From contig CM097882.1 of NCBI GenBank assembly GCA_044892505.1, forward strand, positions 555,458,001 to 555,522,000: DNA of 64,000 bases, read 5' to 3'. This DNA is from Schmidtea nova (lineage: Eukaryota). The notes under the pieces are model-generated. The model saw only the letters and a program-made list of their open reading frames with translations. It made no database searches and was not told where the DNA came from. Position numbers and translations under genes: made by a program. This document shows, piece by piece, positions 1 through 12,000 of the stretch (position 1 is the first letter of the stretch; every line of letters starts with the position of its first letter).

Positions 1-2122
1 TGTGACCATAAATTCTAAGAATCAATACCCAAATTATAAAATGCAAATCATATCCTCAAGTATGGTTTAAATAAATTCGATAAATGGAATATAAGTTGTA
101 TTCCTACTACAAGTGAAAAGTTTTTGACTTTATATGCAAGAGTCAATAGTTTAACTATTAAATTTATCGATTCTTGCCAATTTGTAAGCTGCAGCTTAAA
201 CGATGCTGTAAAGACTTTAACAGATTTTCCTCTTACTTTATCCGAATTTATAGGAACTATTATTACTTCAAAAGGCATATTCTCATATAATTTTGCAACG
301 TCTTTAGAGGTTTTACAAAATACATACGAGTTGCCACCGATTTGGGAGGGAGTTAATATTAACGAGCATGAAAAAGCTCAACAGAAATGGGATGAATTTA
401 ATTGTGAAACATTGTTTGATTACATGATGCTATATCTGAAATTGGATGTTTTCTTACTTGCCGACTTTTTTCAGCAATTTAGGGCAAAATCCATTACACA
501 TAACCGACTTGAGCCTCTTAATTTCTTGGGAATTCCAAGCATGTCATGTAATTCCGCTTTGATTACTTTGAAATCTCCAATTGAATTGCTTCAAGATATG
601 GAGATGTATAATTTTTTCGAAGGGGGGATCCGCGGTAGGTTAACATTTGTTAACAAACACCATTTAGTATCCTCCGACGACACTGAGCTTCTTTATATAG
701 ATATAAATAATTTATATGGGTGGGCCTTAAGCCAAAAACTACCTTATAAAGAATTTAAATGGGTAACTGATAGGGAAAAATTAAATAAAATAATTTATTA
801 CTGTGAATCTGCTGATTTAGAAGTATTAACATTTGGGTTTACAATCGAAGTCAATTTAAAAATTCCTGATTCGATTCACGATAAGCTGGATGATTTGCCA
901 GTTGCCGCTGAAAATATGTGTCCACCTGGCTCAAAGGTTGAGAAGTTGATGCTTACGCATTATCCCAAGAAGAACTATGTTCTTCATTGGAGACTTCTCA
1001 AACTTTTTCTTTCTCTTGGAGTAAAAATAACTCATGTCCATAGGGCAATTAAATTTAAACAAGCATGTATTTTTAAGGATTACATCGATACCAATACCAG
1101 ACTTAGAGCAGAATCAAGTAATGCTTTGGGTAAAAATTATTATAAATTATTAAATAAAAGTCTCTACGGTAAAACCGTAGAGAATCTTAAAAAGCGCATA
1201 AATTTAAGATTATGTAATTCGGCTTCTAGGCTGATTGCATATACTTCTCAGCCAACTTTTAAAGGGACTTTCGAAATTGACGATGATTTGGTTGCAGTGT
1301 TGCTGAATCAGGAATTGGTGTGATTGGATAGACCCAGTTACATTGGTCAAACTGTACTGGATCTATCTAAACTTAGAATGTACCAGCTGCAGTATGAAGA
1401 GTTATAAAAATATCGTAACGAATTCAACTTCGAAATCAACATCGTAGCTGGTGACACCGATTCATTTTTCCTTGAGATTAGAAATTGTAAGCTTGATATT
1501 CTTTTACCGGCCATGGTAAGAGATAACTTACTTGACGCTTCTAATTATGATCCGAATCACCCATTATACAGTAGGAACCTTGATTCTGTCATTGGTAAGT
1601 TCAAAGACGAGAATAAAGGGCTTAAATACGAGGAGTGGGTGTTTCTTAGACCTAAATGTTATAGTCTTTTAGGTGACGAGGAAACTAATAAAGCTAAGGG
1701 GGCAACATTGGCGGGTACTGACATAAAAATCAGTCGTACCTGGACTGTTTTAATAATAACCAAATATTTTCTGTTCCCCAAACCAGAATCACAAGTAAAA
1801 ATCATCAACATTTTACTATTAAAAATGAAAAGACTGCACTGACAAACGCAAATGATAAAAGGAAATGGGTTGCGAAAAATAAAAGCTTGGCATATGGCCA
1901 TTATATGGGAGGTGACTTGGTTATATTTCAACATACCGATCCAAGAATCAATACCGATCAACAACTCCAAGATCCACCTGAAGATATCCAAGATGAAAGT
2001 TTTATTTGAATAAATTTTGTTGAAAAACTTTATTGTTTTCATTTATTTAGTTATATATTGTACAGATTAGTTTCAGTCTGTTTTTATAATTTGGGTACTG
2101 ATTCTTAGAATTTATGGTCACA
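1..2122. mobile_element. PolB cassette bounded by 41-bp inverted repeats (1-41 and 2082-2122)
   Basis: TGTGACCATAAATTCTAAGAATCAATACCCAAATTATAAAA (1-41) matches the reverse complement of 2082-2122 with 1 mismatch. The left arm may extend beyond the window. Confidence 0.7.
40..2009 (+). pseudogene. Family B DNA polymerase of Polinton/Maverick type (probably protein-primed), 5'-truncated pseudogene
   Basis: Motifs YLKLDVFLLADFF (exonuclease III), IDINNLYG (700-720), KLLNKSLYGKT, GDTDS (1450-1464) and C-terminal DKRKWVAKNKSLAYGHY. In-frame stops at 1321-1323 and 1405-1407, frameshift near 1725, final TGA at 2007-2009 overlapping AATAAA. Confidence 0.88.
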
Positions 2123-2670
2123 TCATAGAAATAATAATAATATTAATAATAAAATAATAATAGTTTAATATTTATCGTATTTGACCATGTAATTTTATGT
2201 TGTGCATAATCGTCTCATTTTGTTATATGTCTATATTATTTTTATAAGTGTTTTCATTGAACGTTTATCATTGAAGTGGTTCAAAAATTATAATAACAAT
2301 AATAAATAATACTAACAAAAAAAACTAATTAAAAAAAAAGAAAATAAATATAAGTTAAAAAAAGAAATAAATAATTAAAAAAGAAAAATTAATTAATAAA
2401 AAAAAAAATAAAAAAAAAATAATAAAAAATAAATAAATAAATGGCGCCAAAAAACGCGCGATAACTCATACGGATCGAGACAGGACACGTCCTCCTATTA
2501 TTGATATTGAGTCAGTTGAGTTAAACACAATAACTAATATTTATAATAGATAAATAATTATAATAAATTTATATTTCAGTATTTTTTATTTCAGAAATTT
2601 TTATTTATTTTTTAATCAGACTAGATAAATTATTCTTTTAAAAATTAAAATATTATACTATACTATGCCT

Positions 2671-2927
2671 ATTGGATGTAGATAAAAATAGATTTCAATA
2701 ATAATTAATTTTCCATAAAATATTTTATCTATTAATATGATCCTGAAGATTGATAATGTTCAGTTTTATACTATACTATGCCTATAATAGGCATAGTATA
2801 GTATAAAACTGAATTGGAGTTAGTTAATAATTGGATGTAGATAAAAATAAATTTTCAATAATAATTAATTTTCCATAAAATATTTTATCTATTAATGTGA
2901 TCCTGAAGATTGATAATGTTCAGTTTT
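2671..2927. repeat. Two ~97-bp direct repeats (2671-2767, 2830-2927) with a 55-bp palindrome (2759-2813) between them
   Basis: Direct reading: TTCAGTTTTATACTATACTATGCCTAT-A-ATAGGCATAGTATAGTATAAAACTGAA has perfect 27-bp arms. Confidence 0.9.
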
Positions 2928-3560
2928 CATTTAATAGTGTTTTATATTTTAATTATTAAATATTTAATATAAAGTTTATAGTGTGATATTCAATACATTT
3001 TCTATTGGCGGACACGTTTTGTACTTACTTGTCTTATATCAATACCATGTTAGAAACTCAACCCACACAAAATCGAACTCAGTGACTTTATGGCCACCGC
3101 TCAACCCAATCACGTAAAATATCAATTTTTGAATATCTTACAAACTAAGCGTATGAGCAATTCATATCATCACTGTATCACACCAAATAGTTTTAAAAAC
3201 AATTAAAGTTTGTAATAGTATCCGGCTGCGGTAAATAATCAAATAAAATCAAATCGTTTTTGGTTTTCGGATGACTGACTGATTAAAATTGTTTCTATTG
3301 TAATATTCAATGATTTGCATTAAACTTTTATTAAAGATTAATTATGTGTCAATTAATTGTTTGATTTTTTGCATAACAAATAAATAAAAATTAAAAGATG
3401 AAAGTAACATCAAATTAAAATAAAATCCTATTAAGCGCCAATGTTTACATAAATAAATGAAAAACAAAATTTAATTTAAAATTTATTATTTCAATATTTT
3501 CTATTTTTATTAGCACTGAATTTTTCAAGTGTTAGGAAATAACACGGAAATAAATTATTT

Positions 3561-3604
3561 AAATAAATAAATAAATAAATATATATATATATATATATAT
3601 ATAT
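3561..3604. repeat. (AAAT)n followed by (AT)n microsatellite
   Basis: Direct reading. Confidence 0.9.
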
Positions 3605-3713
3605 TTATTTATTTATATTTTAAATAATTTTAAGATGTATAACTTATATATAATTAAATTAAAAATATCAACTTATTTATAAACAATTATTTGAATAATG
3701 GAAAAAAATGGCA

Positions 3714-3848
3714 GAATACGAATTTAGATAAATGCAAGCAGAACCAAGTATATAAAGAGAATATGAATTTAGATAAAAGCAAGCAGCACCAAGTATATAA
3801 AGAGAATATGAATTTAGATAAATGCAAGCAGCATCAAGTATATAAAAA
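3714..3848 (+). repeat. Three tandem 45-bp repeats
   Basis: Unit GAATATGAATTTAGATAAATGCAAGCAGCACCAAGTATATAAAGA starts at 3714, 3759 and 3804 with few substitutions. Confidence 0.9.
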
Positions 3849-4337
3849 GAAATCGTAAAAGAAGATGTTAATGAAATGCAGCATCCAACAACTACCCATT
3901 ATATTTTTAATAAAAACTTTTGGTTGTTTATGTTTATTTATTTAGCCACGATGTTCACAATTTAATATCATGATTAATGAATGGAATAGAAGAACGTCTG
4001 ATGAAAATTGAAAAGAATAAAATAACAAAATATATATTCTACGGGACCCGTAAAATTAAATTTTCCCCCAATTTTCGTCATCATTTAACGATAGTTCAAA
4101 AAAAATCTTAAATATTATCTCAATTTTTCTGCGCAATCCTTATCAAGCGTCAGTCAACCTTAACTAACAATTGATAACTTCCGCTGTGAAAATGTGTGGA
4201 ATATTTCCGTTTCTTATTGACTTGATAACAAAATGTTTTATTTTTGATCAATTGTGAAAATGAAAATTATTTACCAATTAACATAAACCTAACATAAATA
4301 TTGCCATATTAAAATTAACTCAAAAACAATTCGTTAC

Positions 4338-7300
4338 CTTCTGTTGTGGATTTAACAAAATATTTGTCGATTCTATCTGGAATAACTTCATTTCGGACCC
4401 GATAATATGATGGAAAGTCCATTTCGTTGGTAATTTTAGGCCTGGATTTGTCTTCGAATTTAAGTGACACCCATTCTCGAGTTTCTGGAATCCATTTTTC
4501 GATGAATTTTGAGTCAGTCAACGTCGATCTTCTACCCAGTGGCCTAGTTTGCTCAATGTTCACATATGGTGTCAACGTATAGGACGGAATGCTGATGTGA
4601 TTACTGGGAACCGATACACCAGGAATGCCATGTTTCAACCGAGGAACCATTTGGAATTGATAGACTGCATCTGGTTCTATGTCATAATATACAAATCTCT
4701 GATTTGTTGATGGCAGAATTGAAATTGTGCTCCAATATGGCGAATAATTCGATTTTTTTTGGACGGCATAGTCAATGATTTCATCACCACCAATATGAGC
4801 TTGAGGCCATGTTAATTCTATGGCTTTTAGTTTTGGAATGAACTCTGTCCTGATAAACGAAGTGTCATAAGTCGAAATCGGTCTTTTTGCTAGACTATCA
4901 GTTCGGAAAACTTCAGTCAATGGTGCACTGAACACATCACCAAATCTGGATCTTAAACGATAATACGAATCGAAGTTCGGTCTCGGTACAATAGTATGAT
5001 AGGTAAATGGCTCTAATTCAGTCTGTGTTACCCAAGCATCATTTGAATCAACAGGACGAGTTTCTACGATATAAGAAGCTGGTGTTTGGGTTTTCTCGTA
5101 TCGATACTGATAAGGTTGCCAAGTTAATTGAAGCTGATTATCGTCAAACGGAATGACTTGGAGGGGACCGATAGGTGCTCTTGGAATTAAGTGATGACTA
5201 AAAGCTTCCTTCTCACTCAAAGTTGGAATATCATACTCCAAAGGTAGTCTGTAATGTAAATAATCTTCAGTAGGCTTAATTGAACTGCTAAATAGCGATG
5301 GAGATCTGAGGAGATCTGAATGGAGATCTAGTTTGCAATCAGGATACCATTCAGAATTATTAAAAACTTTCGGTCTATAATTGTCGCTAACGAAATATGG
5401 TGTATCATAATCACTTTGTATTGGTTTTCTGATCAGATCGCCAGGTAATTGTACATAGTTACTGATGGGAATATATTTACATTCATTCTCAATTTTCGAA
5501 ATCCTTAATTTTGTATCATGTGTACATGGAATGTACTTTGGTAACTGGAAACTTGTCATTTCTGGCATTATATTTCCTACACTCATCCAGTATTTATTTT
5601 CAGGAATGTACATATCTATGGAATAGTTGCTTCTGTCTATTGCATCGAACTTTAATGGTTTCTCCCAAAACACTTCAATAGGTTTATCCGCACTAATCGG
5701 CCGTAGACCTAACGAAACGGGCTGTATTGCTTTTAAAATTTCTGGTTTATAATAACTCGATATTGGCTCTAAAATACTGGATATTTTGCCTATCCTATCT
5801 CCAATGACATCAGCAACCCCATAGAAATATTTCTGATTTGCTGGTCTATCAGTTAGAATAACTTTGTCAATGGGCAAATCAAATCTGCCAATCTCTCTCC
5901 AATCGGGACTTGAATCTTCTCTTTCATACAACGAAATTTTCTTAAACGGTAAACCTTTTTTAGGTACATTCCAATGGATGTTAATTTCTCCATTATCCAA
6001 AGGTTCAGCAATAATTGGTCTTGGTATGTTTTCCACTGGTTCATAATTGGGAGCGGCATAAGCCATTGGTTCTGCAAAGTAATCTCTATTAGTTTTGCTG
6101 ACTGGCTTCAATCGGAAAACAGCTTCTGGCATTGAATAGTCACTAAAGTTTTCTATGGTGTAGGAAGTATCAAAAGGACTTATTCTTGCTATAGGATACC
6201 ATTCCTTTTGTGATGGTTGTCGCATTTCGATATGATAGAAATCAACATCCTCTGGAACGTAATGAGGCATGTTTAAATTCAAAACTTCGGGCTTGAAGTT
6301 TGGTGATGATTTTGCTTCATGTTGAATTTCTAATTTAAATGGCGTCACTGGTTTAACAACCCACTTATTTGGTTCATAATTGAGATCTATCACAGCCTCT
6401 ATAGGTTTACTTTTGCCGTAATCTATGACTGACGAAATGCGATATTTAGCGTCTTCGGTTGGATAGTTTACACTGAACGAAGTCGTGTGACTCGGCACGG
6501 AAGTTAAATATTCCCAATCATCGGGTCTTGAAGGGATTTGTCTTTGAATAATGTATTCGTCTATTGGTATATTGTTAAATGGAGTTTCCCAAATTAAGTC
6601 AACTCTTTTGTTTAAATTGTCGTCTAATTGTCTTACATTAACAGGTGCAGGAACATTATCTATTGACTTTGGCAAAATGACATTTGAATATAATGGTTGA
6701 CTAGTTTTATAGGGATTATGAGAATATATTCTGAATCTATTTTCAATAGACAAATCTATGTCAGGAACTTCGAATTCCATCACATTTCCAGGAAGGTGAA
6801 CAATCGGTAGCCAATCTTTTGTTTTTGATGTCCACTTCTCTAGAACGAATGTTTCCTCTGGTCTGTATATATAATTTTCTGGCATTTCCCATTTTACTTT
6901 AAATGGTTTTGAAATTTTCAATGGATAAATTGTAATTGGTCGAATCGGTAATTCAAACTCATTCTTAGGAATATCTATGAGACCAGATTTCGTTGGTGAA
7001 CCATAGCCTTCCGCATTGAATGGTGTCACTTGCACTGCCCAGTTATGATCTGGATTCAATTGAGGAAGAACACATTCATTGTGATTTGCATCAATAACTG
7101 CAATATTTGTTTCCTCTCCTGTTGTTAGGTCTAAAAGAGTTATTTTATAGCCTTGTATTGGTGAGCCCCCATCCTCGACTGGTTTGAACCATCTTGCAAA
7201 TAATCCGAATTCTTCCGGCTCCACTCTCACATTGGCAACCGGCATCGGTTTGGAACGTTTAATTTGAGGTTTCACTGCTCGATCCATTAACAAAGGTGGA

Positions 7301-9032
7301 AGAGCTTTACCAAATCTGTCATAAGGTACTACTCGTATCCAAACTGGGACATCTGCATTCAATCCATACATAACATAATTTTTCTTATTGCCCTTTACTT
7401 CACTTTCATATTCCCATTGCTTAAGATCAGGATTCCATTTTTCAATTCTAAATCTTTCAATATCTCTCGGAGGAACATAATCATTCCAAGAGGCCTCTAA
7501 ACTGGCGGACGTCAATGGTTTCACAATTAAAGGATTCTGACTTTTACGAATAAATTCATTGAACTCTGTGGGTTTTGAGTATAAACGGTCTGGTTGTGGT
7601 AAACCGTAATTTCCATAAAGATAGTCTTTCTCTAACATTGAAGATTCGCTCAATTTTACAATATACTCTCCATCAGGAAGATAGTTATTCGGTTTGAACT
7701 TTGGTTCTTGAAAGTGGTCCACATTATCTCTTTCTAGGTTTGTTGGTTTGAATTGCAAGGTATTTCTTTCCTTTATATATTCATAGTCGTCATCATTTTC
7801 ATCATACAATTTGGGCAATCTAAAATTCATTGGCATACTTTTAAGATCATCACTTTTATTAAAAACTGTCAACTTATAATCTCTTGGTGTTGTATCCTTT
7901 AATGAATACCGGGGAACACTATACGATCCTAATGATTCAGGAAGATCAACTACTGGCCTCCAGCGATTATTTTCATAATCTCTTTCTTCAATTAAAATAT
8001 GTCGATCTTTAGAATTTGCATCTTTGGGTAGATCCCATTTTAGGTCAATGAAATCATGGTCTTTATTGATATTCAACTTTAAATCTTTAACTGGTGCAAT
8101 AGGAGCTTGACTTGAAGTTAGAATTGGTGTTGATAAATTCTTTGGTTCGCTAATGCCATCGAGATATAACGCTGACACTCGGAAATCATAGTAAGTATTT
8201 GGGTTCAATTTATTTGTCGTATATTTGATTGGTTGTGATTTGTCTTCCCATTCCGGTTTGTAATCGAATTCTATTGGCTGCCAATCATCAAATGGAGAAC
8301 TCAGATTTTTCTTTTCAATTTTGTATGATTTAACGTCATTGGACAATGGTGGAATCCATGATAAAGTTACTTGATCGCTAATAGGTTTATCAGTAATAAC
8401 CTTTATGTTTTTGATTGGTTCTGGTTTCGCAATTTTAACATAACTTTCGTCGCTCATTAGAGGTTTGCTTAGTCCGTTTGCATTCCTTGCAAATACTCTA
8501 AAAAAGTATTCTTCATTCGGTGTAATATCATTAAAATCAAATTCAGTATCCTCTGTTTTTAAATATGGCTTCCAAGGTCTTCCTCGTCTTTTGACTTCGA
8601 TTTCATAATTAATAATTGGAGATCCCCCATCCTCTACAGGTGGTTTCCATGAAACTTTAATGCTGTCCTTATTATTAGATTTTATTTTAATCGGTCCTTT
8701 CGGTTGATTCGGAACAGTAGAAAGATTTTTTGGTTGGATAGAAAATTGACTTTCTAAAGGCTCAGAAAGGCCGTTTTTATTTTCAGCAACGACTCTTAAG
8801 TCGAATTGTGTTCCTTCCAATAAATAAAGTGCATTAAACTCCAAAGGTTGACCAATTATATTCTGTATCTTTCCGATTTCTTGCCAGCTTGTTCTGAAAT
8901 GTTCTCGTTTGTAAATACGGTAAGCAATAATTGGAGATCCTCCGTCAAAGAGCGGTTTTTTCCAGGTTAGAACACAACTATTTTTAGTTATGTCACTTAT
9001 TTGAAGTGGTCCATGAGGAGCAGTTGGCACGG
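4338..9032 (-). CDS. Titin-like exon 39 (4,695 nt): FN3 array that becomes increasingly degenerate, with Tyr/Pro-rich linkers
   Basis: ORF 4315..9069. Acceptor TTTTTCAG (9034-9033) and donor GTAACG (4337). The first FN3 domains are canonical; later ones keep only the W and Y anchor residues. Confidence 0.88.
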
Positions 9033-12000
9033 CTGAAAAATTAAAATAAATAATAAATAAAATAATCAATTTAAATATTTTTATAACAAAAATTCAAGGA
9101 GGAAAAATAATTTTTAAAATATTACAAATATTGAAATTATAGAGCTAGTATAAGCTATAATTATTCTAGAATCTAGATACCAAAGTAAAATTATTGACTA
9201 ATTTGATTAGTGTAATCAGCGCCGCCGTAGCAAGCTTTTCTAGTGCTATGTGCAAGATTTCATTTTTGGGCCCTAACCTAATACTAACGTTTCTAGTTAA
9301 TAATTTTCTATTGGTCACTAGATATCGTGATTTCATTCATGATAAACATAAATATATTCGCGTCAATTTAGAATTGGAATTGAATATGGAATATCTGAAA
9401 TTGAAAAAAAATGAAAAATTTGCCTGCACTAGCAGAATTTTTGGATCACCTATAAATGTAAATTTTCCCTGAGATCCGAATTTTTTATTTATAAAAATTT
9501 TTATTTTCGATTAATTTTTTTGGTTTATCATTTCACGGCCCCCTCAGATCTCTGTATCTATCGGGCCCTGTGTGCGTGCACCTGTCTAGGTACGGGGCTG
9601 ATTATCCACTATTAACGCATATTATCGTGTCATTCACGGCTGCCGCTTACTTGCACAATTTATTATCGTTGTATATGTAACGTTCAATGAAATTTTTGAC
9701 AAAAAAAATATTTTAAAGACGAAAATAATGCTAATGAAATAAAATATTAGTTTATATAAATATACTGTAGATTTATTTTGTCTACTGGATCAAATTGTTT
9801 TTGCTTAGTTGTTTAGTTTAGTTAACCCGTTATAGCCCAGCGTCCTATTTATAAGACGCCAGGATTTTATTTTTTTAAGCAATTAAATAATGTTCAAATT
9901 CAATATAAAAAATATTATTTTGTCCTTTAGTCTACACTGAACTAAGGATGATTTTTTTTATCTCAGTTCTTAAAATAGATTTTGAGAAAAAAATTATTTA
10001 ATTTGACATCATTTATCGCAATCCATTTCAAAGATAATATTTTACTGTAAATAATACCAAGCTTTATTTTTCTTTCGTTTTATAATTTATTCTAATTGAA
10101 AAAGGTTTGTTTTAACTTATAGTCATATATTTTTAAAGTAAACATTTATTGCTCGTTTGTTATGGTAAGGATAAAGTGGCTGTCATATAAATATGACGAT
10201 GGGCGTTCATGTTATCAAATACAGCACACGTCTACGGTTTTTGTCTATCGTTGATAGAGCGCGACTTGTGTGCGCACACTTTACTTATTCGTTGAGATCA
10301 GTTTATAAGTTATTTTTCTGAGTGGACAACGTGATTTTTATGTTTAAAAATTTTATTTTCCAATATTCGTGGAAGATATTTTATTTACGGTAAGTAACTA
10401 TATTTCAATGTTTGTTTTATATCATATTTTATTTTTATAAAGTAATAATTTAAAATATAAAATTCATAAATAATTTCCTTTTTATTATATTATTTTAACC
10501 TTTACAGATGTATCGAAAAGCATTAACATTACAAGAGTTAGAAGATATTATAAATGATCCGAACTTTATGGAAGCTGATGACGTAGATGTAATAGTTGTA
10601 CCAACAGATCCTGATGCGCTAACAGATGAAGATGAAGCAGATGATAATTTATTGGGGGTAGTAGATGTAAATGATGTTCCAGGGGAACTTGTGGTACATT
10701 ATAAAACATCAAAAAATTTAAAAGAAAGTAACACTGGTGATTTTGAATATGTCAATGAAGCTGGACCGTCAAATGTCAATCCGAATGTCGCAGAACAAAA
10801 ATTAAAGAAAAAAAGACGTTACCTCTCTGATGACACATTCTTATGGCGAAAAATGTCACCAATTTACACAAAACTTCCTTCAGAAGGAACAACAGCTACA
10901 ATAAATTCTGAAAAATTAATAAATACTCTATATGGAAAATCACCACTTGAGATTTTTGAAGAATTTTGAAAAATAGGACACATCAAAACACTAATTTTAG
11001 AAAAGTTAAAAAATATTTTATTAATAATTTCTTATTTAGAAGTCTGTTTCTGAGTAATGTATGTTGATAAAACATAAATTATCAGAAAATTTTTAAATTG
11101 GGCGTTAACGGGTTAATATACCATTTGTACCCAAATATAAGTAGATCTATAATTTTTATAGTAAAATATACAAACACATGGGACCATCTTGAAAGCTTAA
11201 AGTTCATATATTTGATTTATTCAAAAGTTAGGGGTTCAATTATAAGGCGATGAATTTTTGTAATAAAACCGTCGTAAACGGTATTGAAATAATCTTTTAA
11301 TGTAATTTTCTAACTTTTCAAAATAAAAGAAATGTTTTACCAAAAATTTCAAATTGTGTGATAAGTGGTTAATGCAATAATGTTTTTCTAAAGGTTATAT
11401 TCTCAAAGAATAGTACAAATTTAGAAAGATTGTCTGACGTTTATTCATAACATGCCTCAATCTTAAATATAGATTTCAGACATATATTTTCGGCCCGGCA
11501 TCTGTAAAAGCTGATATTGTCAGACATATACGGTTGAGGTGGTGATCAAAGTGTTAGGTTTTATAATAAACCGGTATAAAAATATGATATGAAAGTATTT
11601 TCAATTAAATATTAAAAACTAACTTGTTACTGATTCAGGAGAGACAGGTTCAAGTGTTGATACAATATCCCCTATTCCATATTGGTTTACTCCAGCTACT
11701 CCGAAATAATATTTCTTATCAGGCGACAAATTTCCAATTGTAATTTTATCAAGAAAATGATCAACATTAGTTATTTGAGTCCATTGAGCATCAGGTTTGT
11801 CTTCTTTTTGATAGATTAAATAACTGTCGACGTGATGCTGGTGTTTTTGTCCATGTTTGCATTCATTTGGTATAATCCATTGTATCGTTGCACTCGAAGA
11901 GCCCTTTCCAATCACTTTTACCCAAGCAGGAGCATCAGGAGCAAAGTGAGCTTCCTCAACCGAGAAATCATCAGATTTTAATAATTCTCCAGTTCCGTAC

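Noticed and set aside
3708-3848. Alternative genetic code (TAA read as Gln) suggested by regular TAA codons
   Set aside because: The host gene has more than 10,000 codons without in-frame TAA/TAG in exons, and its ORFs stop at TAA/TAG inside introns, as expected for the standard code.
9194-9472. 92-aa plus-strand ORF
   Set aside because: Lies inside MITE family A; no protein motifs, and the second copy does not clearly preserve it.
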